Shown piece by piece: positions 20,142 through 30,900 of a DNA stretch of 64,000 bases. Origin of the DNA: a virus (taxonomy: Duplodnaviria > Caudoviricetes); the IMG/VR virus record IMGVR_UViG_3300017783_000013, positions 1,557 through 65,556 of that record; one strand, 5' to 3'. How positions within the stretch are numbered: position 1 is the first letter of the stretch; the number at the start of each line of letters is the position of its first letter. The notes under the pieces are model-generated. The model worked only from the letters and a program-made list of their open reading frames with translations, searched no databases and was not told the origin of the DNA. The position numbers and the translations under genes were made by a program.

Positions 20142-21002
20142 ATGGCAAATTTAAGATCACTTATAGGTTCAGTTGCAGTAGCAGACTTACAACCTATTAC
20201 GAAAAACTGTACTATGACATTCAGACCTCTTTGTACATGTTATTGTAATAGTTCATACGGTGATACTTGTATGTTGTACTGGTGTGTACCAGCAAATACA
20301 AATTGTATGAAAATGGAAGTATGGGGCGGCGGCGGCTCAGGTGGTGGAGCATGTGGATGTTCAGCAGGACCTCCAGGTGGTTCGGCGGCTTGGGCAGTAA
20401 AATGTTTAGACGCTAGTGAAGGTGATTTTACAGCAGGTGACTGTTACGATTTATATCCAGGACCGGCTACGTGTTGTGCTCAATGCTGTTGCGGTATTTT
20501 AGGTTGTAAAGGTTATGTTACAGGTAACGGATTAACGAATTTTTGTGCAGACGGTGGTAACGCAGGACAAGCATGTTGTTTTGTACATTGGGGTGCATTT
20601 AACTGTTTAGGTAACAACTGTGGATATTACTACACAGATAGAATGTGTTGTTTATGTTGCAGATGCCACTATGGATCTGACACTGGTTCTCCAGGAAGAC
20701 CTAGTGCTACATGGGCACAATGTACTTGTGGATCATGTTATTGGAAAATGTTATTTCACTATCCAGGCGGATTAAACAACTTAACAGGTGGTTTTGTTAG
20801 TTCTCAAATCAATGGTAACGCTTGTAACCAAGAATGGGCAAGATGTAATCCAACTATTGGACAGTGGACAACAGGTAGAACCACTGGATGGACACCAGGT
20901 ATTGGTGGACCAACTGCTACATCATGCGGTGATGGTTGCTGTTATGGCTACCCTGGAACTGCTGGTATGGTAAGAATAACATATAACGAATGTACAACGT
21001 AA
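20142..21002 (+). CDS. Cys- and Gly-rich putative fibre-tip adhesin 2
   Basis: 286 aa with 36 Cys by manual count; EVWGGGGSGGG and terminal GTAGMVRITY. Confidence 0.6.
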   Translation: MANLRSLIGSVAVADLQPITKNCTMTFRPLCTCYCNSSYGDTCMLYWCVPANTNCMKMEVWGGGGSGGGACGCSAGPPGGSAAWAVKCLDASEGDFTAGDCYDLYPGPATCCAQCCCGILGCKGYVTGNGLTNFCADGGNAGQACCFVHWGAFNCLGNNCGYYYTDRMCCLCCRCHYGSDTGSPGRPSATWAQCTCGSCYWKMLFHYPGGLNNLTGGFVSSQINGNACNQEWARCNPTIGQWTTGRTTGWTPGIGGPTATSCGDGCCYGYPGTAGMVRITYNECTT

Positions 21003-21006
21003 GGGG

Positions 21007-21012
21007 TAAATA
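21007..21012 (+). promoter_or_regulatory. late promoter core TAAATA, 5 nt before ATG
   Basis: TAAATA-ttaac-ATG(21018). Confidence 0.55.
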
Positions 21013-21017
21013 TTAAC

Positions 21018-21866
21018 ATGGCAACTTTAAGTTCATATGTAAGCGAATTAAAATTAAATGCCGGCCAGTCTGTTACAGACTTACCGTCCGGTTGTACTTT
21101 TATATACCAAAGACACTGTCACAACGGTGACACTTCTCATGGCAACTATCAATTTGATTGTTGTTTTGCATTTATTGTACCTCAAGACGCAACAAGAGCA
21201 ACATTTGAAACCTTCGGCGGTGGAGGTGGAGGTGGTGTTTCATGTTGTTGTATGAACGGTGCTCCTGGTGGAGGTGGCGCTTATGCACGTAAATCAATTC
21301 CTGTAACAGCAGGATGGTGTTACGACTTATGTCTAGGACAACAAAGTTGTTGTCATAACGGTAGAAACGGATTTAGAGGATGTCGTTCAACTATTACAGG
21401 GTGTAATGTAAACATGTGTGCGGCTGGTGGTAAACCAGGTTGTTCATTTTGTTTCCCAGGTTGTGGTTGTTACGTAACAGGTTATTGCTGTTGTCGTGCT
21501 TGGAACTGTAATTGTTGTATAAATGATAACCCTGCTGAAGCAAGTGGTGGTGACTTTATGGTATGTGGTGTGCGTGGATGGATGCAACACAGAGCATGTG
21601 GCGGACATTGTTGTCACAAAATTCACTTTCCATACCCAGGCGGATTGTTTAACAAATGCGGTGGTACAGTTGGTGTCCAAGGCGGTGATAGAGGTTTTGC
21701 TACTTTTGTTAACTGTGCGGCATCAGATTATACAGGTTTTGCAAGATTGCACTCTACATATGTTCCAGGACAAGGTGGTGCAACTTACGTAAGATGGTCA
21801 GGTGGTTGTCATTGTGGTTCATATGGAACACCAGGAATGGTTAGAATTACATGGTATACAACATAA
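21018..21866 (+). CDS. Cys- and Gly-rich putative fibre-tip adhesin 3
   Basis: 282 aa with 32 Cys by manual count; ETFGGGGGGGG and terminal GTPGMVRITW. Confidence 0.6.
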   Translation: MATLSSYVSELKLNAGQSVTDLPSGCTFIYQRHCHNGDTSHGNYQFDCCFAFIVPQDATRATFETFGGGGGGGVSCCCMNGAPGGGGAYARKSIPVTAGWCYDLCLGQQSCCHNGRNGFRGCRSTITGCNVNMCAAGGKPGCSFCFPGCGCYVTGYCCCRAWNCNCCINDNPAEASGGDFMVCGVRGWMQHRACGGHCCHKIHFPYPGGLFNKCGGTVGVQGGDRGFATFVNCAASDYTGFARLHSTYVPGQGGATYVRWSGGCHCGSYGTPGMVRITWYTT

Positions 21867-21886
21867 TTAATAGTATAGGATAAAAA

Positions 21887-22618
21887 ATGGCAGTTAAAGA
21901 AATAACATTTACATTTGAATACGATCTTCCAGATAAGTATCTGTATCAAACCAATGAATTAGGTTTATCAACAACTTTTACATATACAGGACCTTCAAAA
22001 CTTTGGATTGTAATAGACAGTGCGACTAATAAACCACTATTACAAAATGGTTGGATAGCAGATGACGGTGATCCTAATACTGAAGAACAACAAATACTTC
22101 AAGCAGGTGCAGGCGCATATGCAGTATCAATTGATGCAAAAACACATCCAATTATTGCAAGTACATTTTGTATGAACATCGATCAAGCAGATTTTCCTCA
22201 AGTTGAATTTACTAGAGAACAGCATGATTCGACAGATACAACTGTATACTATTCACGTGCGGCAAACCCTACTCCAGATCATACATACGAAATTGCTGAC
22301 GCAGTATGGGACAAAAATGCTAAAACATTTAACTATCCATTACCGTGGAAACAACCACATATGACATGGGACGAATTATGGGAAGGTAGAGACGGCATTA
22401 TTGCAGATGTTCAATCAAGTATAACAGGTTTAACAGAAGACAATGCTGACGGCGAATATGATGATCTAATTGCTGATTTACGAGAATATATCGAAGAATT
22501 AAACGAATTAGAAGACAAATTTCCAACTACACATTGGGATTCATGGATGGTACCATTTCCAGATGATCCAAGAGTAGACACAACAGAGGATTCTGTTGTA
22601 CCCGAGGAGGATCGATAA
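21887..22618 (+). CDS. acidic tail-fibre assembly chaperone-like protein 1
   Basis: 243 aa. Shares FEYDLPDK..QTN.LG...FTY.GP and PW..P.MT...W(D).WM..FPD.PR with the next gene. The C-terminal helix and FP-W-P pattern resemble phage fibre chaperones. Confidence 0.5.
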   Translation: MAVKEITFTFEYDLPDKYLYQTNELGLSTTFTYTGPSKLWIVIDSATNKPLLQNGWIADDGDPNTEEQQILQAGAGAYAVSIDAKTHPIIASTFCMNIDQADFPQVEFTREQHDSTDTTVYYSRAANPTPDHTYEIADAVWDKNAKTFNYPLPWKQPHMTWDELWEGRDGIIADVQSSITGLTEDNADGEYDDLIADLREYIEELNELEDKFPTTHWDSWMVPFPDDPRVDTTEDSVVPEEDR

Positions 22619-23379
22619 TGAGTGAATTACCTAGATGGTTACCAGAAGTTGAAGTTGAATTTGAATATGATCTTCCTGATAAATTTTGTCATCAGACAAA
22701 TGACTTAGGAAAAAAAGGAACTTTTACTTACAAAGGTCCTGAAAAAATGTATGTATTCGTAAACAAAGAAACCAAATTATTAGAAGTTGGTATGGATTGT
22801 ATTGCGTATGATGCTGAAGATACTGATCAATTAAATCAAATTAAGTTAAAAGCAGGTGTAGGTCATGAAGCAGTTTTAATTAGTGCAAAAGAACAACCTC
22901 TACTTGCAACACTTGTTTGGATGGATACTACTGAAGAATCTGAATATCCTTGTAAAACATGGAAAATTGACGGTGATGACACTGTTTATTTTTGGAAGTC
23001 AGAACCATTAATTCCAAATGAAGCATATGCACAAGACGAGATCACATACGACTTCGATAAAAAACAATTTAATAGACCTTTTCCATGGGAAAAGCCAACT
23101 ATGACTGAAGAATTATTTGAGGAAACACGCTTAAACTTAATATGGCATTGTGAACAAGAACTTGCAAATGAAGAAACAATCAACGATCCTGCTAATGCAG
23201 AAGCAAGACAAAAAGTAGTTGACCATGTTAACGCACTTAAGAATTTACGTATTAAATTTCCTGCTCCAGAATGGGATCCATGGATGATTAAATTTCCAGA
23301 TAATCCACGTGGTGATATTCTTGAAGGCAATCCATTTGATCGTGACGAACAAAACGATCCAGAACGTAGTTTCGATTAA
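22618..23379 (+). CDS. acidic tail-fibre assembly chaperone-like protein 2
   Basis: 253 aa tandem paralogue of 21887-22618, joined by a TAATG stop/start overlap. Confidence 0.5.
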   Translation: MSELPRWLPEVEVEFEYDLPDKFCHQTNDLGKKGTFTYKGPEKMYVFVNKETKLLEVGMDCIAYDAEDTDQLNQIKLKAGVGHEAVLISAKEQPLLATLVWMDTTEESEYPCKTWKIDGDDTVYFWKSEPLIPNEAYAQDEITYDFDKKQFNRPFPWEKPTMTEELFEETRLNLIWHCEQELANEETINDPANAEARQKVVDHVNALKNLRIKFPAPEWDPWMIKFPDNPRGDILEGNPFDRDEQNDPERSFD

Positions 23380-23416
23380 CACAACCACTTTCTAAACCAG
23401 TCAAAATAATACCCGG

Positions 23417-23422
23417 TAAATA
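23417..23422 (+). promoter_or_regulatory. late promoter core TAAATA upstream of GT9-carbamoyltransferase pair
   Basis: GGTAAATA, immediately followed by the inverted repeat TATTCGT/ACGAATA (23421-23440). Confidence 0.55.
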
Positions 23423-23459
23423 TTCGTACACTAACGAATACAATTAACAAGGGGCTTAA

Positions 23460-24635
23460 ATGACTAGATCAACAGCATTTTTTATTAACGGCGGCGCCGG
23501 TCGTGTAATAGCAAGTATTCCTGCTTTAGAATTATTCAGGAAAAAGAATCCAGACGATGATTTTGTCATTATCTGTGAAGGCGGAACAGAGTTTTATAAA
23601 GGACATTCAGACTTAGATAAAAGAGCATATGACCTTTGGCACAAACACCTTTTTACTGATAAAATTAAAGACAGGAATTGTGTAAGTCCTGAGCCATATC
23701 GTAACTGGCATTATTACAATCAAAATGCTAGTCTATCTCAAGCATTTGATATGGAAATTAATACTGAGGTTACAGAACCAAGAGATCTTCCATTACCAAC
23801 TATTAAGTTAAGTAGAGAAGAAGTATTAAACGGCGAAATTACACTTAATGAAGTAAGACAAATAACTGGTAAAGACAAAGTTGTTGTTATTCAACCGTTT
23901 GGTAGAGGTATCAGTTATAGAGACGGCGTGTTTAATGATAGTACTGCAAGAAGTATTGAGTATGAAGATTTAGTTAACTTAATTAAGAAGTTACAAAAGA
24001 AAAATCATGCTGTAATGGTCATGGCTGAAATGCCAATTGATTTTAGTGTTGCAAAAATTGAAACTCCAGTGCCGATTCCACAAGGAATTACTTTAAGACA
24101 ATGGGCAGGATTAATTAAATGTTGTGATTATTTTGTAGGTTGTGATAGTGTTGGACAACATATTGCATACGCAACAGACACTCCGGCAACAGTGGTAACT
24201 GGTAGTACGTATCCAATTAATACTACATATGTAAATCATAAGAAATTTGATATTATGGATTTAGGTAAAGAAGAAAGACAATATGCTCCTATTAGAATTA
24301 CACCTGACGAAGTTTGTGATAGAATGAACGACGGTATTATGAAAATGAGAGAAATTGACGTTGAGAATCTTGTTAAAAGTATACAAAATGGATTAAAAAA
24401 GTATCCAGCAAAAGAAGCATCAATAAAAATCAAAGCACAATTACAAGGTGAAGGACAAGGACAACAACAACCAGAAGTTTGTCCAGTACACGGAGTTGCA
24501 CATGAACACGGACATATGCATCAGCATCCGGCACCTCAAATGCCAATTGGGACTCCTTCAGTAACTTCAGCAATGAGTTCACAATTTGGGGTTGCACCAC
24601 CAACGTTTAATCCACAAGGAGGCAAAGACAAATAA
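23460..24635 (+). CDS. GT9-like (ADP-heptose heptosyltransferase family) glycosyltransferase
   Basis: N-terminal INGGAGRVIASIPAL (GGxGD-like), VVVIQPFG and LRQWAGLIKCCDYFVGCDSVGQHIAYA (GT9 DS-G-xH-A motif). His/Gln/Pro-rich C-terminal tail. Confidence 0.7.
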   Translation: MTRSTAFFINGGAGRVIASIPALELFRKKNPDDDFVIICEGGTEFYKGHSDLDKRAYDLWHKHLFTDKIKDRNCVSPEPYRNWHYYNQNASLSQAFDMEINTEVTEPRDLPLPTIKLSREEVLNGEITLNEVRQITGKDKVVVIQPFGRGISYRDGVFNDSTARSIEYEDLVNLIKKLQKKNHAVMVMAEMPIDFSVAKIETPVPIPQGITLRQWAGLIKCCDYFVGCDSVGQHIAYATDTPATVVTGSTYPINTTYVNHKKFDIMDLGKEERQYAPIRITPDEVCDRMNDGIMKMREIDVENLVKSIQNGLKKYPAKEASIKIKAQLQGEGQGQQQPEVCPVHGVAHEHGHMHQHPAPQMPIGTPSVTSAMSSQFGVAPPTFNPQGGKDK

Positions 24636-26452
24636 TGAGTAAAAAACCAGTATGGATTGCAGGTATTGCTAGAGGGCATAACTCTGGTGTATGTTTGTTA
24701 AAAGATGGAGAAGTTGTTTTTTCTGTAGAAGAAGAAAGACTTTCAAGACACAAATATGATGGAGGCCCGTTTGCCTCTATGGTTAAAATTTTAGATTATA
24801 CAGACAAACTTGATTATCTAGTAGTTGCTCACACACAAAGTTTAAAAGAGACGGCTCCTAAAACAGATTACACAGGCGATGATGTTTATACAGGTCTTGC
24901 ACGTAAACTTAATTTAATTAATAGAAAAGATAATCCGTACGAACATAGTCAAGTGATTGATTTAAGTTTTGTTCATCATAAATTACATGCGGCCCTTGCT
25001 TTTTATAGATCGGGGTTTGATAAAGCAACTGGTGTTGTAGTTGACGGTGCTGGAACTTTTATACCATTAAACTTTAATGGCGAAATGATTATGGGATGGG
25101 AAACAGAAACTATTTTTAGTTGTGATTATCCTAGTAATTTTAAAACTATTTGGAAGCATATTGGAGTACAACAACCAAGTGTGCATTTAATAAATCCAAA
25201 CTTTGACAGTTCTATGTATAACGAAGATGGTACTCATACTTGTGTTATTACTGATGGCGCTGGAATTACTAAAGTATATGAAGCGGTTACAGAGTACTGC
25301 GGATTTAGTAGTATCGAAGCAGGAAAGACTATGGGATTATTTCCATATGGAAAAGAAAATGATAAAATTCCGCCATTGTTTAGTAATGAAGGTAAACACC
25401 CAACTACTAATAGACAGTTAATTGTTCCAAACTATCCTAATGGAGCAATGGTTAACAGACTTGCTTATGACTTTTTAGAAGAAGACGTTGACACACAGAA
25501 ACTACAAATGAAACAAGCAGACAGAACACAATTAACTAATCGTAGAGATTTAGCATATGCTTGTCAAACACAGACACAAGATCAGGTTGTAAATTTAATT
25601 AGACGTGCAGTTGAAATGACAGGTGAAAAAAATATTGTTGTTTCAGGCGGTTATGCATTGAATTGTGTTGCAAACTATCATTATCTTGATGCATTAAAAG
25701 ATGAAGGTATTAATTTATATGTTGAGCCAGTAAGTAATGATGCCGGAACAGCAATGGGTGCGGCAATGTTTATTCATAGAAGTATTACACAGGATAATAC
25801 AGTTGCTCCGTTACAACATAAATTATATCTTGGCCCAACATACAACTATAAAACTGATGACGTAGAAAAACTTGTAACAGAATACGAAGCAGACGTTAAA
25901 GATGCAGAGTATAATGATGTTATTGATTTAATTGACAATAAAAATATTGTTGCTATGTGGCAGGGACAAAGTGAAAACGGTCCTAGAGCATTAGGTAATA
26001 GATCGATATTATATGATCCACGAGATCCTGAAGGTAAAGATCATGTTAATACTGTAAAACACAGAGAATATTTTAGACCTTTTGCTGGAACTATACTTGA
26101 AGAAGATGTTCATGAATGGTTTGACCTAAGAGGAATGGAAAGTTCTCCTAGTATGATGTATGCTGTTAACTGCCAAGAAGGTGTTGAATCTAAAATTCCT
26201 GCAATTATTCATGTTGATGGAACTTGCAGAATACAAACAGTTAATAAAGATCAGAACAAACACTTTTATAACTTAATATCTGCATTTAAAGAAAAAACAG
26301 GGTTACCGATATTGTTTAATACGAGTTTTAACTTGGGCGGCGAACCGTTAGTTGAAGATTTAGTAGATGCATTTGATACTATTAAAAATAGTGATATCGA
26401 ATACTTATATTTGCCAGAATACAACAAACTAATTACAATGAAGAATGAATAA
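24635..26452 (+). CDS. O-carbamoyltransferase (NodU/CmcH/TobZ family)
   Basis: GHNSG...EEERLSRHK, HHKLHA, VVDGAG, GKTMGL, SGGYALNCVAN, NDAGTAMGAA, ENGPRALGNRS, KHREYFRPFA, HVDGTCRIQTV and NTSFNLGGEP. Confidence 0.92.
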   Translation: MSKKPVWIAGIARGHNSGVCLLKDGEVVFSVEEERLSRHKYDGGPFASMVKILDYTDKLDYLVVAHTQSLKETAPKTDYTGDDVYTGLARKLNLINRKDNPYEHSQVIDLSFVHHKLHAALAFYRSGFDKATGVVVDGAGTFIPLNFNGEMIMGWETETIFSCDYPSNFKTIWKHIGVQQPSVHLINPNFDSSMYNEDGTHTCVITDGAGITKVYEAVTEYCGFSSIEAGKTMGLFPYGKENDKIPPLFSNEGKHPTTNRQLIVPNYPNGAMVNRLAYDFLEEDVDTQKLQMKQADRTQLTNRRDLAYACQTQTQDQVVNLIRRAVEMTGEKNIVVSGGYALNCVANYHYLDALKDEGINLYVEPVSNDAGTAMGAAMFIHRSITQDNTVAPLQHKLYLGPTYNYKTDDVEKLVTEYEADVKDAEYNDVIDLIDNKNIVAMWQGQSENGPRALGNRSILYDPRDPEGKDHVNTVKHREYFRPFAGTILEEDVHEWFDLRGMESSPSMMYAVNCQEGVESKIPAIIHVDGTCRIQTVNKDQNKHFYNLISAFKEKTGLPILFNTSFNLGGEPLVEDLVDAFDTIKNSDIEYLYLPEYNKLITMKNE

Positions 26453-26455
26453 ATA
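26450..26455 (+). promoter_or_regulatory. late promoter core TAAATA, 5 nt before ATG
   Basis: TAAATA-ccatt-ATG(26461), with no SD. Confidence 0.6.
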
Positions 26456-26460
26456 CCATT

Positions 26461-26880
26461 ATGGAATGGTTAAAATACTTCTTTAGTAAAGGTGCAAAAA
26501 ATACTGTTGCTCTCAAAGGCGGAACAAATTTTTCGTATATAGGCCCGTGGGTAAAACTCATGGAAAGCCCTATACAGACTCGTTTAGATCGTTGGCACTT
26601 GGGTGAGTTTTGTGCTGTTGAATATTCAATAGTCGCAGACTTTGATACAACCAATAGAGAAATTGTTAAATGTATTGTTACAGCAGGTAAAGATACTGCT
26701 GATTTAACTATATATGGTCGAAGCAATCTAGGAGCATCTATATTAAATATTACAGCAACAGTGAATAATTCATATGTTGACATTATTGTAACACCATCTA
26801 ATGAAGATAGTACAGTATTAGCAGGTGCAAAAGTGTTATATCAAGCCACATATTTCAAAACATTAAATCCTCCTGTTTAA
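26461..26880 (+). CDS. hypothetical virion protein
   Basis: 139 aa, beta-rich, downstream of a late promoter. Confidence 0.65.
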   Translation: MEWLKYFFSKGAKNTVALKGGTNFSYIGPWVKLMESPIQTRLDRWHLGEFCAVEYSIVADFDTTNREIVKCIVTAGKDTADLTIYGRSNLGASILNITATVNNSYVDIIVTPSNEDSTVLAGAKVLYQATYFKTLNPPV

Positions 26881-26898
26881 CAACTTTCCTGTTTATGG

Positions 26899-26904
26899 TA
26901 AATA
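26899..26904 (+). promoter_or_regulatory. late promoter core TAAATA
   Basis: GGTAAATA before the AGGAG SD of 26924. Confidence 0.55.
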
Positions 26905-26923
26905 TGTGTATAGGAGATTTTAA

Positions 26924-27919
26924 ATGGCCGTCACACTAAACCCATTATATAGCAAATACGGATTCAAAGGACCAGGCTTTTCAGTCGATTCACAAGGTAA
27001 TGTTACAGTAAAGTCATTATCTAGTGATGTTCTAATTGAAACTATTGCTGTAACCGAGGATACCTCGGGCGAAACAGTAGAATTCAATATAACTGAATCA
27101 GCAGGTCAATTTGCAGTAGATGGTACTACTCCTAATCCAGCAATTACAGTTATCAAAGGTCGTACTTATAGATTTAATTTAAATTTAACAACACTTACTT
27201 GGAGTATTAGAGATAGTTCCAATTCAGATGTTATTACAAATATATCACACACTGTTGATGGATCGACAACAACAGGCGTTGGAGCAAATAACGTTCAAGA
27301 TGGTTATGTAACTTGGACTGTTCCGACTAGTGGTACAGGATATTATTATTCCGATGTTGACAATGATCCTCAAAAACTGTTTGTTTTACAAGAGCCGCAA
27401 GTAACAGGAACCGGATCTTTTGCTTCCTTAATTGTTACAGGGACATCAGAACTTAGAGATACAACTACAATTAATGCTGAAGTTAACTTAAATGATATTT
27501 TAACAGTTAATGACACAACTAATACAACATCATCGTCAACTGGTGCTGTTGTTATTAAGGGAGGTCTTGGTGTTGCAAAAGATGTAAACATTGACGGCGA
27601 TCTAATTGCTAAAAGTTTTAAAACAAATGACGTTGGAGTTCCAACACTGTCAAGTAGTTCAAATTTACAATTTGATGCAACTAACGCTATAGTTTTTAAT
27701 GTTGCAGGAATAGAAAAAGGAAGAATTACTCATTTAGGTTCAACGATTAAAGTTGTTGATACTACAGTAAATGATACTATTATTGGTAATTCAGGCCCAG
27801 CAGAAGGAACATTTACAAATGTAACTTTAAAAAATGAAGCAACAAACAAAGATCATGCTACTACTAAAAAATATGTAGACTCAAATGATATTGTTTTAAG
27901 TATAGCATTTGGAGCATAA
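26924..27919 (+). CDS. fibre-like virion protein
   Basis: 331 aa. Cupredoxin-like NPAITVIKGRTYRF module, SSSTGAVVIKGGLGVAKDVNI fibre repeat and HATTKKYVD motif. Confidence 0.65.
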   Translation: MAVTLNPLYSKYGFKGPGFSVDSQGNVTVKSLSSDVLIETIAVTEDTSGETVEFNITESAGQFAVDGTTPNPAITVIKGRTYRFNLNLTTLTWSIRDSSNSDVITNISHTVDGSTTTGVGANNVQDGYVTWTVPTSGTGYYYSDVDNDPQKLFVLQEPQVTGTGSFASLIVTGTSELRDTTTINAEVNLNDILTVNDTTNTTSSSTGAVVIKGGLGVAKDVNIDGDLIAKSFKTNDVGVPTLSSSSNLQFDATNAIVFNVAGIEKGRITHLGSTIKVVDTTVNDTIIGNSGPAEGTFTNVTLKNEATNKDHATTKKYVDSNDIVLSIAFGA

Positions 27920-27922
27920 TAG

Positions 27923-30900
27923 ATGAGTCAAGAAAGAGAATATATAGTTGGATTAAAGAAAGACGTTGATTATGTATCTTTTAACAACGAAATGATTGTT
28001 GAAACAGGTGCAGGAAATATTCCACAACGTTCTGTTACAGTATCAAATCCAAGAATGGTTTCTAAAAGATTAACACACTACATGTTAACAGATTCAGAGG
28101 CCGAAGCATTGCGTCAAGATGTAAGAGTAGACTGTGTTGAAATACCACCGGATCAACAGGACCAACTTGAAATTGGTGTACAAGCAAGCCAATCAGGAAA
28201 CTTTACTAAAACAACATTAGATTCAGGTCCATATATAAATTGGGGACTACGACGTATTAATGAAAAAATAAATGTTTATGGTGGTTCAGATAATGTTTCA
28301 GGTGATTATAATTATACATTAGACGGAAGTGGAGTTGACGTTGTAATTCAAGATACTGGTCTACAAAAAGACCATCCAGAATGGCAAGATGCAAATGGTG
28401 TTTCGAGATTTAAAGAAATAGATTGGTATACTGAAAGTGGAGTAAGTGGAACTCAAAGTTCTAATCATTATAGAGATTATCACGGACATGGAACACATGT
28501 CGCAGGAACTATTGCAGGTAAAAATTATGGATTTGCTAAAAATGCAGATATATATGCGTTAAAAGTTTCAGGATTAGAAGGAACAGGAGATACCGGGGGT
28601 ATTCCTGTTGCAGATTGTTTTGATGTTATTAAAGAATGGCATAAAAGAAAAGTTTCTGGTACATACACTCCAACAACAGTGTCTTATATTCCAGCAACTG
28701 GAGTAATGGTAATAACTTTAGGAAATCATAATTTTGAAATAGGAGACAAAATACGAATAGCACCTGGTAGTTTAACATTTACATGCGGTAAAGATAACTT
28801 TGCAAGTAATCACAGTTATCCTAGGAGTTCAGGTGTGCCAAATGCGGCCGGAACTGATCCATACTACAATAAAGATATTGAAATTACCGCCACAACGTCA
28901 ACAACAATTACGATTAATATCGGTATAAGTTCGGATACCAGTGAACACAGGTTTGTAAGTGCATTACCTGGCGCAGTCGAAGCAACTGGTGACAAACGAT
29001 TACTCTCTAAACGCCCAACAGTAGTAAACATGAGTTGGGGTTATTCAACAAACTTTGTTGGAATATCTGGAGGTACTTATAGAGGGTCTTCTTGGAGTGG
29101 AAATACTGCGAGGACTGAGTACGGCATGGTCGGACGTGCAGGTAAACACGTTGTAAGAGTTAGTAGTGTTGATATTGATTTAGAAGAATTAATCGAAGCA
29201 GGAGTACATGTTACTATCTCTGCAGGAAATACAAAACAAAAAATTGATGTTGTAGGTGGAACTGATTATGATAATACATATTTGCAATATGGTGTAACAC
29301 GATATTATCATAGAGGAGGATCTCCCCATAGTCAAAATGCACACATTGTTGGAAACATTGATTCTACAACAGTTTCTAATAGTGGTGTTATTTTAGAACA
29401 AAAAGCAACAAGTTCAGAAACAGGTCCTGGAGTTAGTATTTGGGCACCTGGAACTAATATTATGAGCAGTTCATCTAATATATCAACCGGGTTTACTTCT
29501 GATACATATTATTTTAATAATGATTTTAAACAAGCCAATATATCAGGTACTAGTATGGCGGCTCCACAAGTAGCAGGAGTTATATCATTATATTTACAAA
29601 TACAGCCTGACGCAACACCAGCAGAAGTTAAAGATTTTATACAAGACAATGCAGAAGTAAATGATTTATACCAACCCGGAGACGGAGCGGCATATACTAA
29701 TGATAGAGCATTGTTATTAAGTTCTCCAAGATTTTTACTTAATCAATATAGTTCAAAATTTGGGTTAACATTATCTAGTTTACAATCTGGAATATCAAGT
29801 GTAAATGCTAGTGCTCCAACATATACAATAACATCAAGTGCATCAGCAGTTGACGAAGGGACTGACATTGTGTTTACATTAGTAACTACAAATGTAACGG
29901 CTGGAACACAAGTTCCTTATACAGTATCAGGAATTTCACTTGCAGATTTAAGTTCAGGAACACTAACAGGAAATTTTGTTGTTGGAACAACAGATACTAT
30001 TACATTAGGAATATCAGCCGATACTCTTACAGAAGGTAACGAAACATTAACATTTAGTTTAGATAACGGAGAAGGAAATGTTACAGTATTAATAAACGAC
30101 AGTAGTTCAGCAACACCAACATATACATTAACATCAAACAAAACATCTGTTAACGAAGGTAGTGGTGTTATTATAACGTTAGCAACTACAAACGTAAGTA
30201 CAGGATCAAATATACCATATACAATTACAGGAATAACTGCAAACGATTTAAGTACTGGATTATTATCTGGAACATTTGTTGTTGGAACTACAAATACCCG
30301 AACAATTAGTATTGCCGCAGATACTCTCACAGAAGGAGCAGAAACACTTACACTTGCACTTGACAACGGTGGCTCGACTATAGATGTTACAGTAAACGAC
30401 ACAAGCACAACTCCCGAGGCACCAACATATGCATTAACTACATCATCGGCTAGTGTTAATGAAGGACAAGGATTTACAATTACACTTTCAACTACAGGTG
30501 TTGTAAGTGGTACTAGTATTCCGTATACTATTACAGGTGTCAATAGTGCAGACATTGGTGGAACAGCATTAACTGGAGCATTTACAGCAGGAACCAGTTT
30601 ATCAAAAGCGTTTACGGTCACAGAAGATGCCACAACTGAAGGTACTGAAACATTTACTTTAACACTTGATAACGGCGAAGCAAGTTCGTCAGTAACAATT
30701 GGTGATACTAGTTTAGATCCTTCTGGTCCAACATATGCATTAGCAAGATCAACAACATCGGTTAATGAAGGCGGAACATTTACAATTACTTTAAGTACTG
30801 CAAACGTTGCCGCGGCAACTAGTATTCCTTATACTATTACAGGAGTAACCAGTGCAGATATTGATGGCGCAAGTTTAACTGGAAATTTTGTTGTTGGAAG

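Noticed and set aside
19229-21866. Diversity-generating retroelement acting on the Cys-rich paralogues
   Set aside because: No reverse transcriptase in the window, and no near-identical template/variable repeat pair differing only at adenines was seen; the paralogues are diverged throughout.
19229-26452. RiPP/bacteriocin cluster (Cys-rich precursors plus tailoring enzymes)
   Set aside because: The Cys-rich ORFs are about 290 aa with a conserved folded Gly-rich scaffold and no leader/core layout. No radical SAM, YcaO, LanM or transporter gene is present.
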